Notes: generated by a model not told the origin, from the letters alone. A stretch of 64,000 nt of DNA from Octopus sinensis (GCF_006345805.1 NW_021833298.1:1-64000), one strand, 5' to 3'. Counted from the first letter of the stretch, positions 48,731 through 61,094 are shown. Translations and numbers: made by a program.

Positions 48731-50306
48731 ATGGTTTCAAATTTTGCCGTAAGGGCAGCCATTTTGGTGAGGGGGAAGGATCAATTTCATTGACCTCAGT
48801 GATGATAATAATAATAATAATTGTTGACACCCTTTTGTCTCGGGAGACAATGGAGTTGCGCATAAACTAATCCAGTCTGGTTTTTACATTTCATGTCCTC
48901 TCCAGTTTCCTCTCCAATTTTGCGCAGGCCTGGGCTAGATGTAAGAAAATCCTGGGTAGCCCAATCGTCAGGATTCCTCTCTCGACCTTGCTGATGTAGT
49001 CCAAAGGAATGCAGAGCATTACGTTTGGCACCGGCTTGGTTGCAGGAGCTGCCGGAAGAGTGTCAAGTCAAACACTAAACCACCTATGGGGCTCCACTCC
49101 GGATTTCTTTGAAAGTTGTCTCCTTTCCGTAACCCTGGATAGGGGCCCATACTGGGTACTGTCAGCCGGAGCCAGCTGAGCCCGAGACTCGTGTCAGGCA
49201 GGATCGTAACTCCCTGAAGTAGTGGAGAAAATCGCTACCCACTACCTATAATAATAATAACAACAATAATCATTTCTACTAAAGGCACAATGCCTCAAAT
49301 TTCTAGGGAGGGGAAGTAGTCGATTACATTGACCCCCAGTGCGTAACTGGTACTTAATTTATCGACCTCCAAAAGGATGAAAGGCAAAGTTGACCTCACC
49401 GGAATTTGAACTAAGAATGTCACAATGGGTGAAATACCGTTACGCATTTCATCCAGCATGCTAACGATTCTGCCAGCTCGCCACTTCATAATAATAGTAA
49501 TAATAATAAGTCACAGGCAGTGGCTCTCATGGCTTCTGATCTTAACTGATTGGAAGTGTTATCATGTACATTGTTTTGTCTTGGTATGAAAGATGGGCTA
49601 CAGCAAATATTCTGCTCAATACCAGAGATTTGCTTGTCAGTTGTTGGACCTTAACCAGTTGAGCATGTCCCTTCGTGGCTGACGATATGTGCATCTCTGA
49701 TCACGAGCAGACGTAGTGGGGGAGCATTATAGCCATGTGTTGAGAGGGATTCTTTGGGGTTTGGCTAACTCACCTTCGGAACATGGGTGTTTCATTCAAC
49801 ATCCTTAAACAACCCTTATTCAGGGACCTTTTGAGCAGGATGGGCTACTCGACCTGAAGAAAACTCTGAGCCTCCACCTGCAAGGGTCATGCAACGTTTA
49901 TCTTGATATGAGATCACCATGTCGCGCACATGTGGTTGTGATGTATGGGCCTGGTGTACCCTTATCAGACGGGTAGTCATGATGGGTATAGTGGGCTTTC
50001 TATATTTTACCCCAGTGTCACTTTGATAGCATGCACTGTTCTCTCACTGAAGAAGGAGGAGGAGGAGGAGGAGGAGAAGAAGAAGGAGGAGAAGGAAAAG
50101 AGGAAGAAGAAGAGGTGGAAAAGGAAGAAGAAAATAGTGAATAAAAAAACTAATAAATGTGTCAAGTCAAGATCCTTCATGCTTCACCAAAAATGTCAAA
50201 ATGAAAGCAAGAAAACCCGAAACAGAAAATTAATCGCAGCCAAAACAGCTGACGTTCTTTTCGAAACGCACCTCTCCAACAAAATGATGCCTAATTTTTT
50301 TTTTTT

Positions 50307-51046
50307 GGCGATCTTTCGTTTGTAGTAGCACGTTTCCGTCGATGATTTCCGTAAAAAACTTTTATTTTTTTGCATATAGGCTTGCGGGAACATTTGAAGT
50401 AATGAGAGCGAAAGAGACTAAGAGGAAGCGATTTTATGACGAGGGAATTTCTTTCTGAAGTTACCGAAGCACATATACACATACACCGAGTAAAAAATTA
50501 CACTGAATCGGCCATACATACATACACACACACATACTTACACACACACACATACATTCAGACATACATATACACATACACCGAATAAAAAATTACACTG
50601 AATCGGCCATACATACATACACACACACATACATAGATACATACACACACACACACATACATAGATACATACACATACATGCATACATACATATACATGC
50701 ATACACATACATGCATACATACATATACACATACACCGAGTAAAAAATTTCAGTTATCTCTCTCTTTCACACATTACTCTGTCTCTTCACACACACTAAC
50801 AGAAGCACTTCACTTACACAACATACTGTCTGTCTCCCACACCCCATCAAACACACACACACACACACACATGTACATCAATGCTTCGGTAACTTCAAAA
50901 AGAAATTCCCTCGTCATAAAATCGCTTCCTCTTAGTCTCTTTCGCTCTCATTACTTCAAATGTTCCCGCAAGCCTATATGTAAAAAAATAAAAGTTTTTT
51001 ACGGAAATCATCGACGGAAACGTGCTACTACAAACGAAAGATCGCC
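50307..51046. mobile_element. MITE-like element with ~165-bp inverted termini and a CA-rich interior; partial relative at ~57500-57900
   Basis: ggcgatctttcgtttgtagtagc...(50307-50471) versus its reverse complement at 50882-51046. Confidence 0.85.
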
Positions 51047-51610
51047 TTTTTTTTTTTTAATATGAAAATGGGAAATATATCCAAAATGAATGAAGTATGC
51101 AAAAAATTTTTTTAATATTTTAAAATATTTTATACTAAAAACTAAAAGAAACGGAAATATACGCGAATATTAAGAAACATGGGGAGGTAACTTACTTTAC
51201 CAGTCGTTAATGATACGAGGGGCGAAATAACCACTGAGTTATGTTTTGTCATTTATTTTCTCTGTAAACTGATAACAAAACTTGCATACGACTTAAACAT
51301 ATTTATTTCTGTCGTTTATCAGAACATCATAAAATGGGCGAAAGTAAAGCGAGTTCACACCACCGAACTAACCAGTTTGCGCAGTAAAAAAATCTGGTTA
51401 AAAGCAATCAAGAATTTACAAAACGATATTGTCGGTGTGTGGGGACCCTCTTGCCGCCCTTTTTCCGAACCAAAATAAGGGATTTGCTGCATATTAGGAA
51501 GTCGGGGTACCTGATCGCAAGCAAAAAATCGTTTTTTTATTTTGTCTTAGTGAAAATCGTGCGGGTATTAATATAGAAATATACCCTTACATACGCACGA
51601 ACGTTTATAC

Positions 51611-51799
51611 CAGTGGGTTTCAACCAGGGTTCCGCCAGTATAGTCCAGGGGTTCCGCAAGAAGTTACAAAACTGCTAAAATCAGAAGTAATTTTTAATTC
51701 ACCTGTGCATGAGACAATTAAATTATTGCACAGGGGTTCCTCGAGCCAGTGGAATGTTTCCTTGGGGTTCCGCTCCAGCAAAAAGTTTGAAAAGCACTG
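51611..51799. mobile_element. hAT-type MITE
   Basis: CAGTG...CACTG imperfect TIRs; perfect 8-bp TSD GTTTATAC at 51603-51610 and 51800-51807. Confidence 0.92.
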
Positions 51800-51918
51800 G
51801 TTTATACAGACACATAAATGAAATCACGTAAATACATATACACATACATTATATATACACACACAAAAAAACATGTACATACGTACACACACATACATAC
51901 ATACAAAAAATGCATGTA

Positions 51919-53195
51919 CGAGGGGCGTTCAATAAGTAATGCCCCTGACCCACTTCCCATAGCAGTAGAGCAACGAAACTTGGCACAGTCTTTTTCTACA
52001 TAGGAACCACCCAGAGTTACGCATTTCTCCCATCGTTTGATGTGGCTCTGGAGACCGTTTTTGTAGAAGAACCCAGCTTGGTCCTCCAACCTCAACGTGA
52101 CTTCAGAAATCAAGGCTGCATCATCTGGGAAACGCTTTCCTTTCAAAAACAACTTCATGATTGGGAAGAGGTGAAAATCAGAGGGTGCAAGGTCAGGAAA
52201 GTATGGGGAGGAGTTCATAGCCATACGCCTGTGCTTCTGATCTGGCGACAAGCGAGATGTGGACCGGAGCGTTGTCCTGCAGGAGGAGGATGCCTTTGCT
52301 GATCTTGCCCCGCCTCTTGATTTTGATAACTTCTCTTAATTTCCTCAAAAGTGAAGCATAATAGGCTCCTGCAATTGTGGTACCCTTTGCCAGGAAATCT
52401 GTCATCACTACTTTGTCCTGGTCCCAGAAGACTGTGAGCATGACCTTTCCAGCGGAGGGCTGCACCCTTGCCTTCTTTGGAGGGGGTGAGTCGCGGTGCT
52501 TCCACTGCATTGACTGGGCTTTGGTCTCTGGATCATCGTGATGGACCCAGGTTTCATCCTGTGTAATCAGTCTTATGAAATATTTTGACTCATCTTCTTG
52601 GCACATCTTCAAATTCACCCTCGAGCACTCGACGCGTTCTTGCTTCTGGAAAGGCGTGAGCAACCTGGGAATCCAACTGGCAGACACCTTTTGCATATGC
52701 AAATGGTCATGAATGATAGTTTCCACAGACCCGGTACTAATCTTGACCTCATGGGCTATTTGGCGAATAGTTATGCGTCGATCTTCCAAAATGGCAGCCT
52801 CAACTTGACGGACAGATGCCTCATCAATGGCAGAAGGGGTCGACCAGATCTGGGAGCTGTTTCCACAGAGTTCCGACCATGTTTGAATTCACGATGCCAG
52901 CGTTTTACAAGGTCATATGATGGGGCATCATTACCATAAGTTACTTTCATTTCATCAAAAGTCTCCCGTGGTGTGCGTCCTTTCAAATACAAAAACCGGA
53001 TCACTGCTCGACACTCAACAGGCTCCATTTCACACTTGACTTGGTTCAAACACCTGTAAATCAGAAACCACAATTAATTCAGTGCTGTAATTTGCCACTT
53101 CCTCTATAGAGATATAAATGATTGCACATGCAAAATTTCAGCTAGATCAAACAGCTGCAAGTGGGTCAGAGGCATTACTTATTGAACGTCCCTCG
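51919..53195 (-). mobile_element. Full-length mariner (DD34D) element, transposase disrupted by two frameshifts
   Basis: TIRs cgaggggcgttcaataagtaatgcc, TA TSD; ATG at 53028; DETW, LLQDNAPVH and PDLAPSDFHLF motifs across three ORFs. Confidence 0.97.
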
Positions 53196-53391
53196 TATAT
53201 ATTCTTTTATTTATTTCATTCATTTAACAGCGCTCATGCTGGAGCACTGCCTTTAGTCGAAGAAGTCGATCCCAGGACTTATTCTTTGTAAGCCTAGTAC
53301 TTATTCTATCGTTTTCCTTTGCTGAACCGCTAAGTAACGGGGATGTAAACACACCATCAACGGTTGTGAAGCGATGGTGGTGGGGAGACAA

Positions 53392-53428
<37 letters not shown>

Positions 53429-53432
53429 CATT

Positions 53433-53895
53433 ATTTACATTTGACGGATATTTGTTCCTCATCTTGTTTCTTGTTAACATGCTTCGGCTGATATACCCTC
53501 CAACCTTCTTCAGGTGTCTTGGGGAAATTTCAAACCTGACTTCTCATTCCTAAGGTATTTTGTTATGTTGTTGTTATTATTATTAATAAGGTCACTGCCT
53601 GAAATCGAACTCGAAATCTTGGGCTTAGTAGCCCGCGCTCTGAACCACTACGCCCGTGGCATGTGGTGTAGTGGTTCAGAGCGCGGGCTATTAACCCCAA
53701 GATTCCGGGTTCGATTCCAGGCAGTGACCATAATAATAATAACAATAACTACAATAACAACATCGAAAAATACCTTAGGAATGAGAACACAGGTTCGAAA
53801 TTCCCCAAGACACCTGAAGAAGGTTGGAGGGTATATCAGCCGAAACATGTTAACAACAAACAAAATGAGGGACAAATATCCGTCAAATGTAAATA
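53433..53895. mobile_element. Palindromic head-to-head element: tRNA-like head, (TAA)n spacer and hammerhead-like tail in each arm
   Basis: 10-nt loop at 53655-53664; tggtgtagtggtt and ggttcgattcc A/B boxes; CTGAAGA-A-GGTTG...CAGCC-GAAAC at 53814-53846. Confidence 0.85.
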
Positions 53896-53918
53896 TATAC
53901 ATAATTCCTCAATATATC

Positions 53919-55576
53919 TCTTATTATAAAAGGCAGATTTTATCTGCCTCCTTTGTCACTTATAGAAATCTACAATATAGGATTTCTTCAATTACAATTT
54001 ACCTAGCATTTTTAAGAGTAGAATGCATCGGGTCATGCCAGGTCCAGTTTTTAAAATTTAAACTCCAATTAAGCAAAATTTACAGAAAAGTCACATTCTA
54101 GTGTGTATGTCAAATGCTTTACTTAATGTGGTTTACACCACACGCATACGCACACACACAGTGTGCAACGAATAAAATGAAAGTAAATAGCGACAGAGTG
54201 ATTTGAGGAAGACTAAACTGAAAGTATTTAAACCACTACTCAAAAAATAAAAAAACACAGCAAACAGAAACAAATAAATACATAACGATTTACTCCTCAC
54301 ACAATTTCTTCAATTAGAGTTTACCTAAGATTTTTCAAAGTACTCCATTCGGTCATGCCATAATATATTTCTTTCAATTTCACCCCCAATTAAGACAAAA
54401 TTCGAGAAAACTCAATATTTTAACATTTCACTCCGAAAGCATTGATGTACATGTGTGCGTGCGTGAGTGTGTGTGTGTGAGTGTGTGTTTGATGGGTTGT
54501 GCGACACAGAAAGTGTGGTGTGTAAGTGAAGTGCTTTTGTTAGTGTGTGTAAAGAGACAGAGAGAGTGAAAGACAGAAATAACTGAACTTTTTTTATTCA
54601 CTTTTTGTAGTGAGTGACTGAGAGAGAAAAGAGAGAGAGAGGTTATGTATGTATATATGTATGTATGGCTTCAGTGACACACACACAAAAAAACACATAC
54701 CTACGTACACCTAAAGCACGCACACACACACACACAAGCGGAGCGCGAACTTCAAAATTTTGGTAGTATTAATTTGCGAGCGTACTTCTAAGCGCGCGTA
54801 ATTGAAAGTTTTCACTATGATATCATCACGTGCGAAAAAATTCGAAGGGTTTTGAACAATTGAGATACAGATGTCACGCCTGTATTGAAACCATTGCTAA
54901 GCTGCCGTAATTGCTTAATTAAGACTTTGTTTAAATTGAAAGGGGCAAATATGTGACGAGGTTGAAAAAAAATACCCCAGAAAAAAATGTACTGCTGGTA
55001 TTTATATAATTCACTACTATTTTGCTACAATGTCATGAAAAAGAAAAAATTTAGGTATGTAAATCGAATTCGCCACCCCCTTTTCCCCGTTCGCGTTTGT
55101 GTAAAAAAAATTATTATTTAAGTTTTAAAAATTATTTACTTTGTTCAAAAAATATTAATATTAATTAATTTTCAAGAATTATTTAATTTTATTCTGTAAA
55201 ATAGTAATTAATTAATTTATCTGTAAATCCGCGAGGTTGTTACTCAGGCACCTAGAATGGTAACCTTCAACTAACACTATCTCCTCCGAGACCCTGCGGC
55301 GCAAGTTGACCAAAATTGAGAGTATGGTAGAAGAAGGGTTGCTCTTCCTTCCGTAGAACATAAAATTCAAATCGGACCATGTTAACACCAAAAATTATTT
55401 ACATCAAAAAGATGCTTTTTTCTATGAAAATCCCTATTTTTTACGATTTTTTCACTGCTGTGTCGCCACTTTTCGGTGTATTTCGACCAGAAAAATGTTC
55501 ACAAAATTTTTACTTTTCAAAATTACAATTCCAGCGGGTCGAAACAAACCCGAGCAACGCCGGGCGATACTGCTAG
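53919..55576 (+). mobile_element. Non-autonomous Helitron, unit 1 of a tandem array
   Basis: 5' TCttattataaaagg; 3' cccgagcaacgccgggcgatactgCTAG. Confidence 0.85.
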
Positions 55577-56414
55577 TCTTATTATAAAAGGCAGATTTTA
55601 TCTGCCTCCCTTTGTCTCTTATAGAAATCTACAATATAGGATTTCTTCAATTACAATTTACCTAGCGTTTTTAAGAGTAGAATGCATCGGGTCATGCCAG
55701 GTCCAGTTTTTAAAATTTCAACCCCAATTAAGCAAAATTTAGAGAAAACTCACATTGTGGTGTGTAAGTCAAATGCTTTTCTTAGTGTGGGCTATAGCAC
55801 ACGCACACGCACACAAACGGAGCTAACTGTTTCACTGACGCTATCACCCTAATTTCTCCTCCTTTCTCTTTGCAAGTGTGCAACGATTAAAGTGAAAGTA
55901 ATTCACTTTTTGTAGTGAGTGACTCTTTCACTCTGCATTCCCACTTCCTATTTACACACAGACACGCAAATATATAAATAAAATTGTAAGCTAACGTGTG
56001 CGTGTGTGTGTGTGTGTGAGGGTGCGTGTGTTGTGTGTGTGCGGGTGTGCGAGTGTGTGACAGGAAAGTTTTTTAGGACGAATATAAGACCTAAAGTATA
56101 TCCAAGTAGCAGAAAGATCGCCCAAAGTGTATATAGATATTTAAATGTATTTATATATTCATCTATACACAGATGTATGTATAATGTGTGTGTATATATT
56201 TCCATAGAGGTAACCTTTCACTCCATACAAAGTTTTTTAGGACGAATATAAGATCTAAAGTTATCTCTAAGTAGCACAAAGATCGCCCAAAGTGTATATA
56301 GATATTTAAATGTATTTATATATTCATCTATACACACATGTATGTATAACGTGTGTATATATATTTCCATAGAGGTAACCATTCAACCCATACAAAGTTT
56401 TTTAGGACGAAAAT
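55577..56414 (+). mobile_element. Helitron unit 2 (same 5' end as unit 1, 3' end missing)
   Basis: Starts immediately after the CTAG; first ~190 bp nearly identical to 53919 onward. Confidence 0.8.
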
Positions 56415-57258
56415 ATTTATATATAAAAGAAAGGTTGTGTGTCTGTCTACTCCGATTTAGATTCCTAACTACTCCCACATTTTGCGATGCAGTTTAACCA
56501 AAACCGAGTATCTTATAGTCGTGATTCATATCGAGCCATTCTGGGTATTAGCGCGCGTCTACGATGAGTCTACGATTTTACAAATAATTTACCATCATAT
56601 TTTTCCATTTTAATGCATATTTTTTTTAATAAAGAGAAGTAACTCTCAAACTTCACACCAATATGCATGCTCATATGCGACGTAATATCACATCAGCAGC
56701 ATTTCCTCACACCCTCCTTGCACTTGGCGAAGGCAAAATACCAGGGGATGAAAATGGTAATATTGCCATCGATTCCATTTGTACCATTGTTAAGACGCCT
56801 TCTGATCTCAGAGATGCAGTGTTCCCAGATCTACAAGCTAATTATCAGAATATGGATTGGATTGGCAAAAAGGCTATACTGGCCCCGCGGAATAAAACTG
56901 TTCACCATATTAATGATGAAATGCTAAAACACATTCCTGAGGAAGTCTATGTATATCAGTCTATCGATACAACTCCTGACCCAGAGGACGTCATCAACTA
57001 TCCAATAGAGGTACTCAATTCCTTTGAGCACCCCGGACTACCACCACACTTTCTCAAACTTAAAGTTGGTGCCCCTATAATGTTCATCAGAAATTTGGTT
57101 CCCCCAAAACAATGCAATGGCACACGTTTGATCGTTAAGTCCTTATCTCCCACCGTAAACTTATATCAATATTTGCCTGAATAATCATCATAATTCAGTG
57201 CAATCATTAACAGTACTTTCAAGCAATTCAGCCCCGAGCAACGCCGGGCAATTCTGCT

Positions 57259-57260
<2 letters not shown>
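56415..57260 (+). mobile_element. Internally deleted Helitron with a Pif1 helicase fragment (ORF 56663-57184)
   Basis: AILAPRN...SID...GLPPH.LKLKVGAPIMFIRNL....CNGTRLIV; 5' end shared with 40181; 3' hairpin then CTGG. Confidence 0.93.

Positions 57261-57353
<93 letters not shown>
57261..57353. repeat. (TA)n microsatellite followed by a tRNA-SINE fragment (to ~57500)
   Basis: Read directly. Confidence 0.9.
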
Positions 57354-57357
<4 letters not shown>

Positions 57358-57917
57358 GACGGACTTCTTTTCGTTTCCGTCTACCAAATCCACTTACATG
57401 GCTTTGGTCGGCCCGAAACGATAGTAGAAGGCACCTGCCCAAGGTACCACGCTGTGGGACTGAACCTGGAACCATGTGGTTATGAAGGAAGCTTCTTGTA
57501 TGTAAATGTATATGAAAGATAATGGGTGTACGGGCGATCTTTCGTCTCTAGTAGACCTTTCCGTCGATTTCCGTAAAAAACTTCTTTTTTTTTACATATG
57601 GGCTTGCGGGAACTTTTGAAGTAATGAGAGCGAAAGAGACTAAGAGAAAGCGATTGTATGACGAGGGAAGTTCTTTTGAAGTTACCGTGCATGGCAAGCA
57701 TTGATGTACATGTGTGTGTATGTGTTTGATGGGGTGTGGGAGACAGAAAGTATGTTGTGTAAGTGAAGTGCTTCAGTTAGTGTGTGTGAAGAGACAGAGA
57801 GAGTAATGTGTGAAAGAGAGAGATAATTGAAATTTTTTACTCGGTTTTTGTAGTGCGTGCGTGTGTATGCATGTATGTGTATATGTATGTATGTGTGTGT
57901 GGTGTGTGTGTATGTAT

Positions 57918-58723
57918 TGTTATGGTTCAATTTAAGGACAGAGCCGGCGACCTACTTTTGGCAATGAATCCATTGTTCTGCCAGATGCGGGTTGACTAAT
58001 TAGCTCTGGGGAAACTCCCCGACCCCTTCGGGTGAATTAGGGTTCATTTGAGGGCTGCCCCCTTAAGTAAGCAGTTCAGTTGTGAGTGTGAGAGACAGTC
58101 AGGATTTGGTATTCGAGGTAAGCGGTTGGCGGTTGGATTTAGCGGTTGGCAGTTGGATTTAGCAGTGCTAAGAGAGATGAACTACAATGTAAGACATTGG
58201 CTGATGTAACGGTACGTGAATTGTTGTATTGATATGTGAATTGAGTAAAGGACTTGTCGATGTGTTATAAAGGCTGGAAAAGAAATGAGACAGTAAAAAG
58301 AACAATGTGAACTGTGTTGATATGTGTTACAGAACTGTTAAAGCAATAGAGAGACTCTGTTGTAGTCTTTAATGAACATTGAACTGTATATGCCTTTAAT
58401 GTCCTTTGAACTGTAACGTTAATGTGATTTGAAACAGAACTGTTGTCTCCGGACTGTATAATGTATTGACTTGTTGTTTAATTCGACGTGTACTCTTTAA
58501 ATGCTGTTGTTATTGCATTTGATGTGTTGTTACTTGCATGTATTTCCTCTTTGATGTATCTGATATGTATTTGATGTTGTAACAATTATAAAGTGTTATA
58601 AACTAGTACGTTAAATGTAAGCCAATTGCCTTCTTTGTGTCTCTCTCGATTGCCTGTGTCTCTTCTTGCGGCTGTTGTTGTAGTTGTTGTATCTCTCTCC
58701 TCTCCGAGTTTCCGTGGCGAACA
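57918..58723 (+). mobile_element. Solo LTR-like element (TGTTA...GAACA, 806 bp)
   Basis: TG...CA termini; homologous to 44684-45585; TSD not clean. Confidence 0.6.
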
Positions 58724-59249
58724 TTATTTCGAGTTAAAACGAAAGATTACCTTTGCCTGTTTATGTAACGGTCTGCTATGTAGAAAATAATGAGGTTGAC
58801 TCAATAGAATAATGACAGTGATCGAAGATATAGACAAAATTGCTAAGCCCAGAAGTGTCCTTACAATCCAAAAGCAACCCAAGGGATAAATCCCTTGCTC
58901 CCAATCTCCAGCCCACAAATAGCTGGTCTAGGAGAGATAACCCACCCATCCTCACTGATGCTGGACTATTTATTTTTTGATGACCAAATGACCAATAACC
59001 GTAACAGATTTCTGTCTCCCAAAAGCAATGAGTTAAATTTGTCTTCAGACAAGTCTGATGAGTCTTCTGCAAGGCTACAGTCTACGTGGGTGCAAAACCA
59101 TTGGTCACAATGACCAAACATGAGCTTTATTTCTTTAATACTTTACTGCTCTATAGGTAAGAGTGTGCTTCTTTTTACAGATATATGATACATTGACTAT
59201 CTTTCAAGCGTTGGGCCTACCGGAGGCCAAGTGGCTGAGTTCCTTTCAA

Positions 59250-60391
59250 ACTTTGAACAGTGAAACACTCGCACAATGCTTGTATGTATTAAAGTATGTA
59301 TGTGTATAAGAAAGATAATGGAGTGTACGTGTGTGTGTGTGTGTCCTGCTTTATGTATTTGAACTCACACACAAACACGCCCACCCGGCAATCTTTCGTC
59401 TCTAGTAGACCTTTCCGTCGATAGACAAAATTCTTTTTATCTAATCGTTATACATGCCTTGTCGACTGCTACTGTGCAGCCTTAATGTCTCTGTTGATGT
59501 GACGATGGTGAAATGGTAAGAAAAAGACGGGAGAGTTATAAAATGAGGAGGAGATATTCTTCTCATGAGAAAAGAGTTGCATGCAAAGGAAAAGGCTTTG
59601 AGCAAAAGGCTTCGTTTCACGTTACTACGATCGACACAGTTTTAAATGGGCAACCCCACCCGTCTAGCCTCAGGGTGGCATCACTCAGAAGCTACAACAA
59701 TGCGAGGAAGCGCATTGTGACCAGCGATATGTAGCAACATCCGACAGTCTAGTCGGTACAGTGATTTGTGTTGTTTTGAGACGAAGGGACAGTTCCGAAA
59801 GTCCAAATTCCTCTTCTCCCCCACGGCACCCGAACTCATCTTAACTTAAGAATCAACATGGCTTTGCTAAGTCAATTGATGTGTTTTCCGTTTGACTTTA
59901 AACTTTTGCTACATATCGCTAGTCACAATGCGCTTCCTCGCATTGTTGTAGCTTCTGAGTGATGCCACCCAGAGGCTAGACGGGTGGGGTTGCCCATTTA
60001 AAACTGTGCCGATCGTAGTAACGTGAAACGAAGCCTTTTGCTCAAAGCCTTTTCCTTTGCATGCAACTCTTTTCTCATGAGAAGAATATCTCCTCCTCAT
60101 TTTATAACTCTCCCGTCTTTTTCTTACCATTTCACCATCGTCACATCAACAGAGACATTAAGGCTGCACAGTAGCAGTCGACAAGGCATGTATAACGATT
60201 AGATAAAAAAAATTTTATCTATCGACGGAAAGGTCTACTAGAGACGAAAGATTGCCGGGTGGGCGTGTTTGTGTGTGAGTTCAAATACATAAAGCAGGAC
60301 ACACACACACACACACACACACGTACACTCCATTATCTTTCATATACTTTAATACATACAAGCATTGTGCGAGTGTTTCACTGTTCAAAGT
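59250..60391. repeat. Long inverted repeat: ~487-bp arms, 168-bp spacer
   Basis: 59250-59737 versus reverse complement of 59906-60391, a few substitutions and indels; mirrored ORFs 59513+ and 59909-. Confidence 0.97.
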
Positions 60392-60791
60392 CAGTCGGTG
60401 GGGGGCGGTGCGCGCTATCATGTGTTTCACTTCTCATCTCCCTCACCGACTTCAAAGCAAATGTCACCTTCCACCGGACATGAAAATAAAGGTAAATTAA
60501 AAACAGAAATTCTTTGCGGAAATTACCGAACAACCAGCTGGAATTAAAAAAAAAAAAATACTGACCAAAAATGAAATTATGCCCTCATACGTAAGTTTCA
60601 TGCCAATATTTAAGACGGGAGCGTTGTCTATCAAATGACTGCTCCAGGAGAATGAAAACAGCAAATCCGGGTAAGATTTGAACTCGAGTTGTGGTGAGGA
60701 GCATAAAAGAATTGAAAGCGACTTTGTAAAGCAATGGAGAGACGGGATCAAAGAAATTAAATTAGGAAGATGTAAAACTTAAAAAACTTAC

Positions 60792-60935
60792 CTCGTCACA
60801 GCTCTGAGCAAAAGTGAAACTTGGTGGTTTTTAAGCTGTTCATTGGTTTAACAACTTTGTATGACATCAGTGTTTCTCAGAGAAAAACACTTCTCCTCTG
60901 CCCTCTTTTAACACAATTTACTTCCACGAACACTT
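60792..60935 (-). promoter_or_regulatory. Probable promoter and non-coding first exon of the PARP gene, with IRF-E/ISRE-, CCAAT-, CRE- and GAS-like motifs
   Basis: Donor GAG|GTAAGT at 60792/60791; AGTTTCACTTTT (60821-60810), CCAAT (60846-60842), TGACATCA (60862-60869), TTCCACGAA (60922-60930). Link to the gene is inferred. Confidence 0.5.
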
Positions 60936-60985
60936 TGTGATAAAAGTTTATTATTATCATTTACAACTAACAAAATGGGAAGAAA

Positions 60986-61019
<34 letters not shown>

Positions 61020-61094
61020 CGTTTGTAGAAATATATAAATCCAGAGGAAAAGCAAACTCTAAAGATGTAGAGCAGTTAAAATTATAGTGTGTTA

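Noticed and set aside
53665-53730. tRNA gene
   Set aside because: Acceptor and anticodon stems do not pair properly; it is the head of a repeat element.
59513-60130. Mirror 73-aa ORFs
   Set aside because: By-product of the inverted repeat; no homology recognised.
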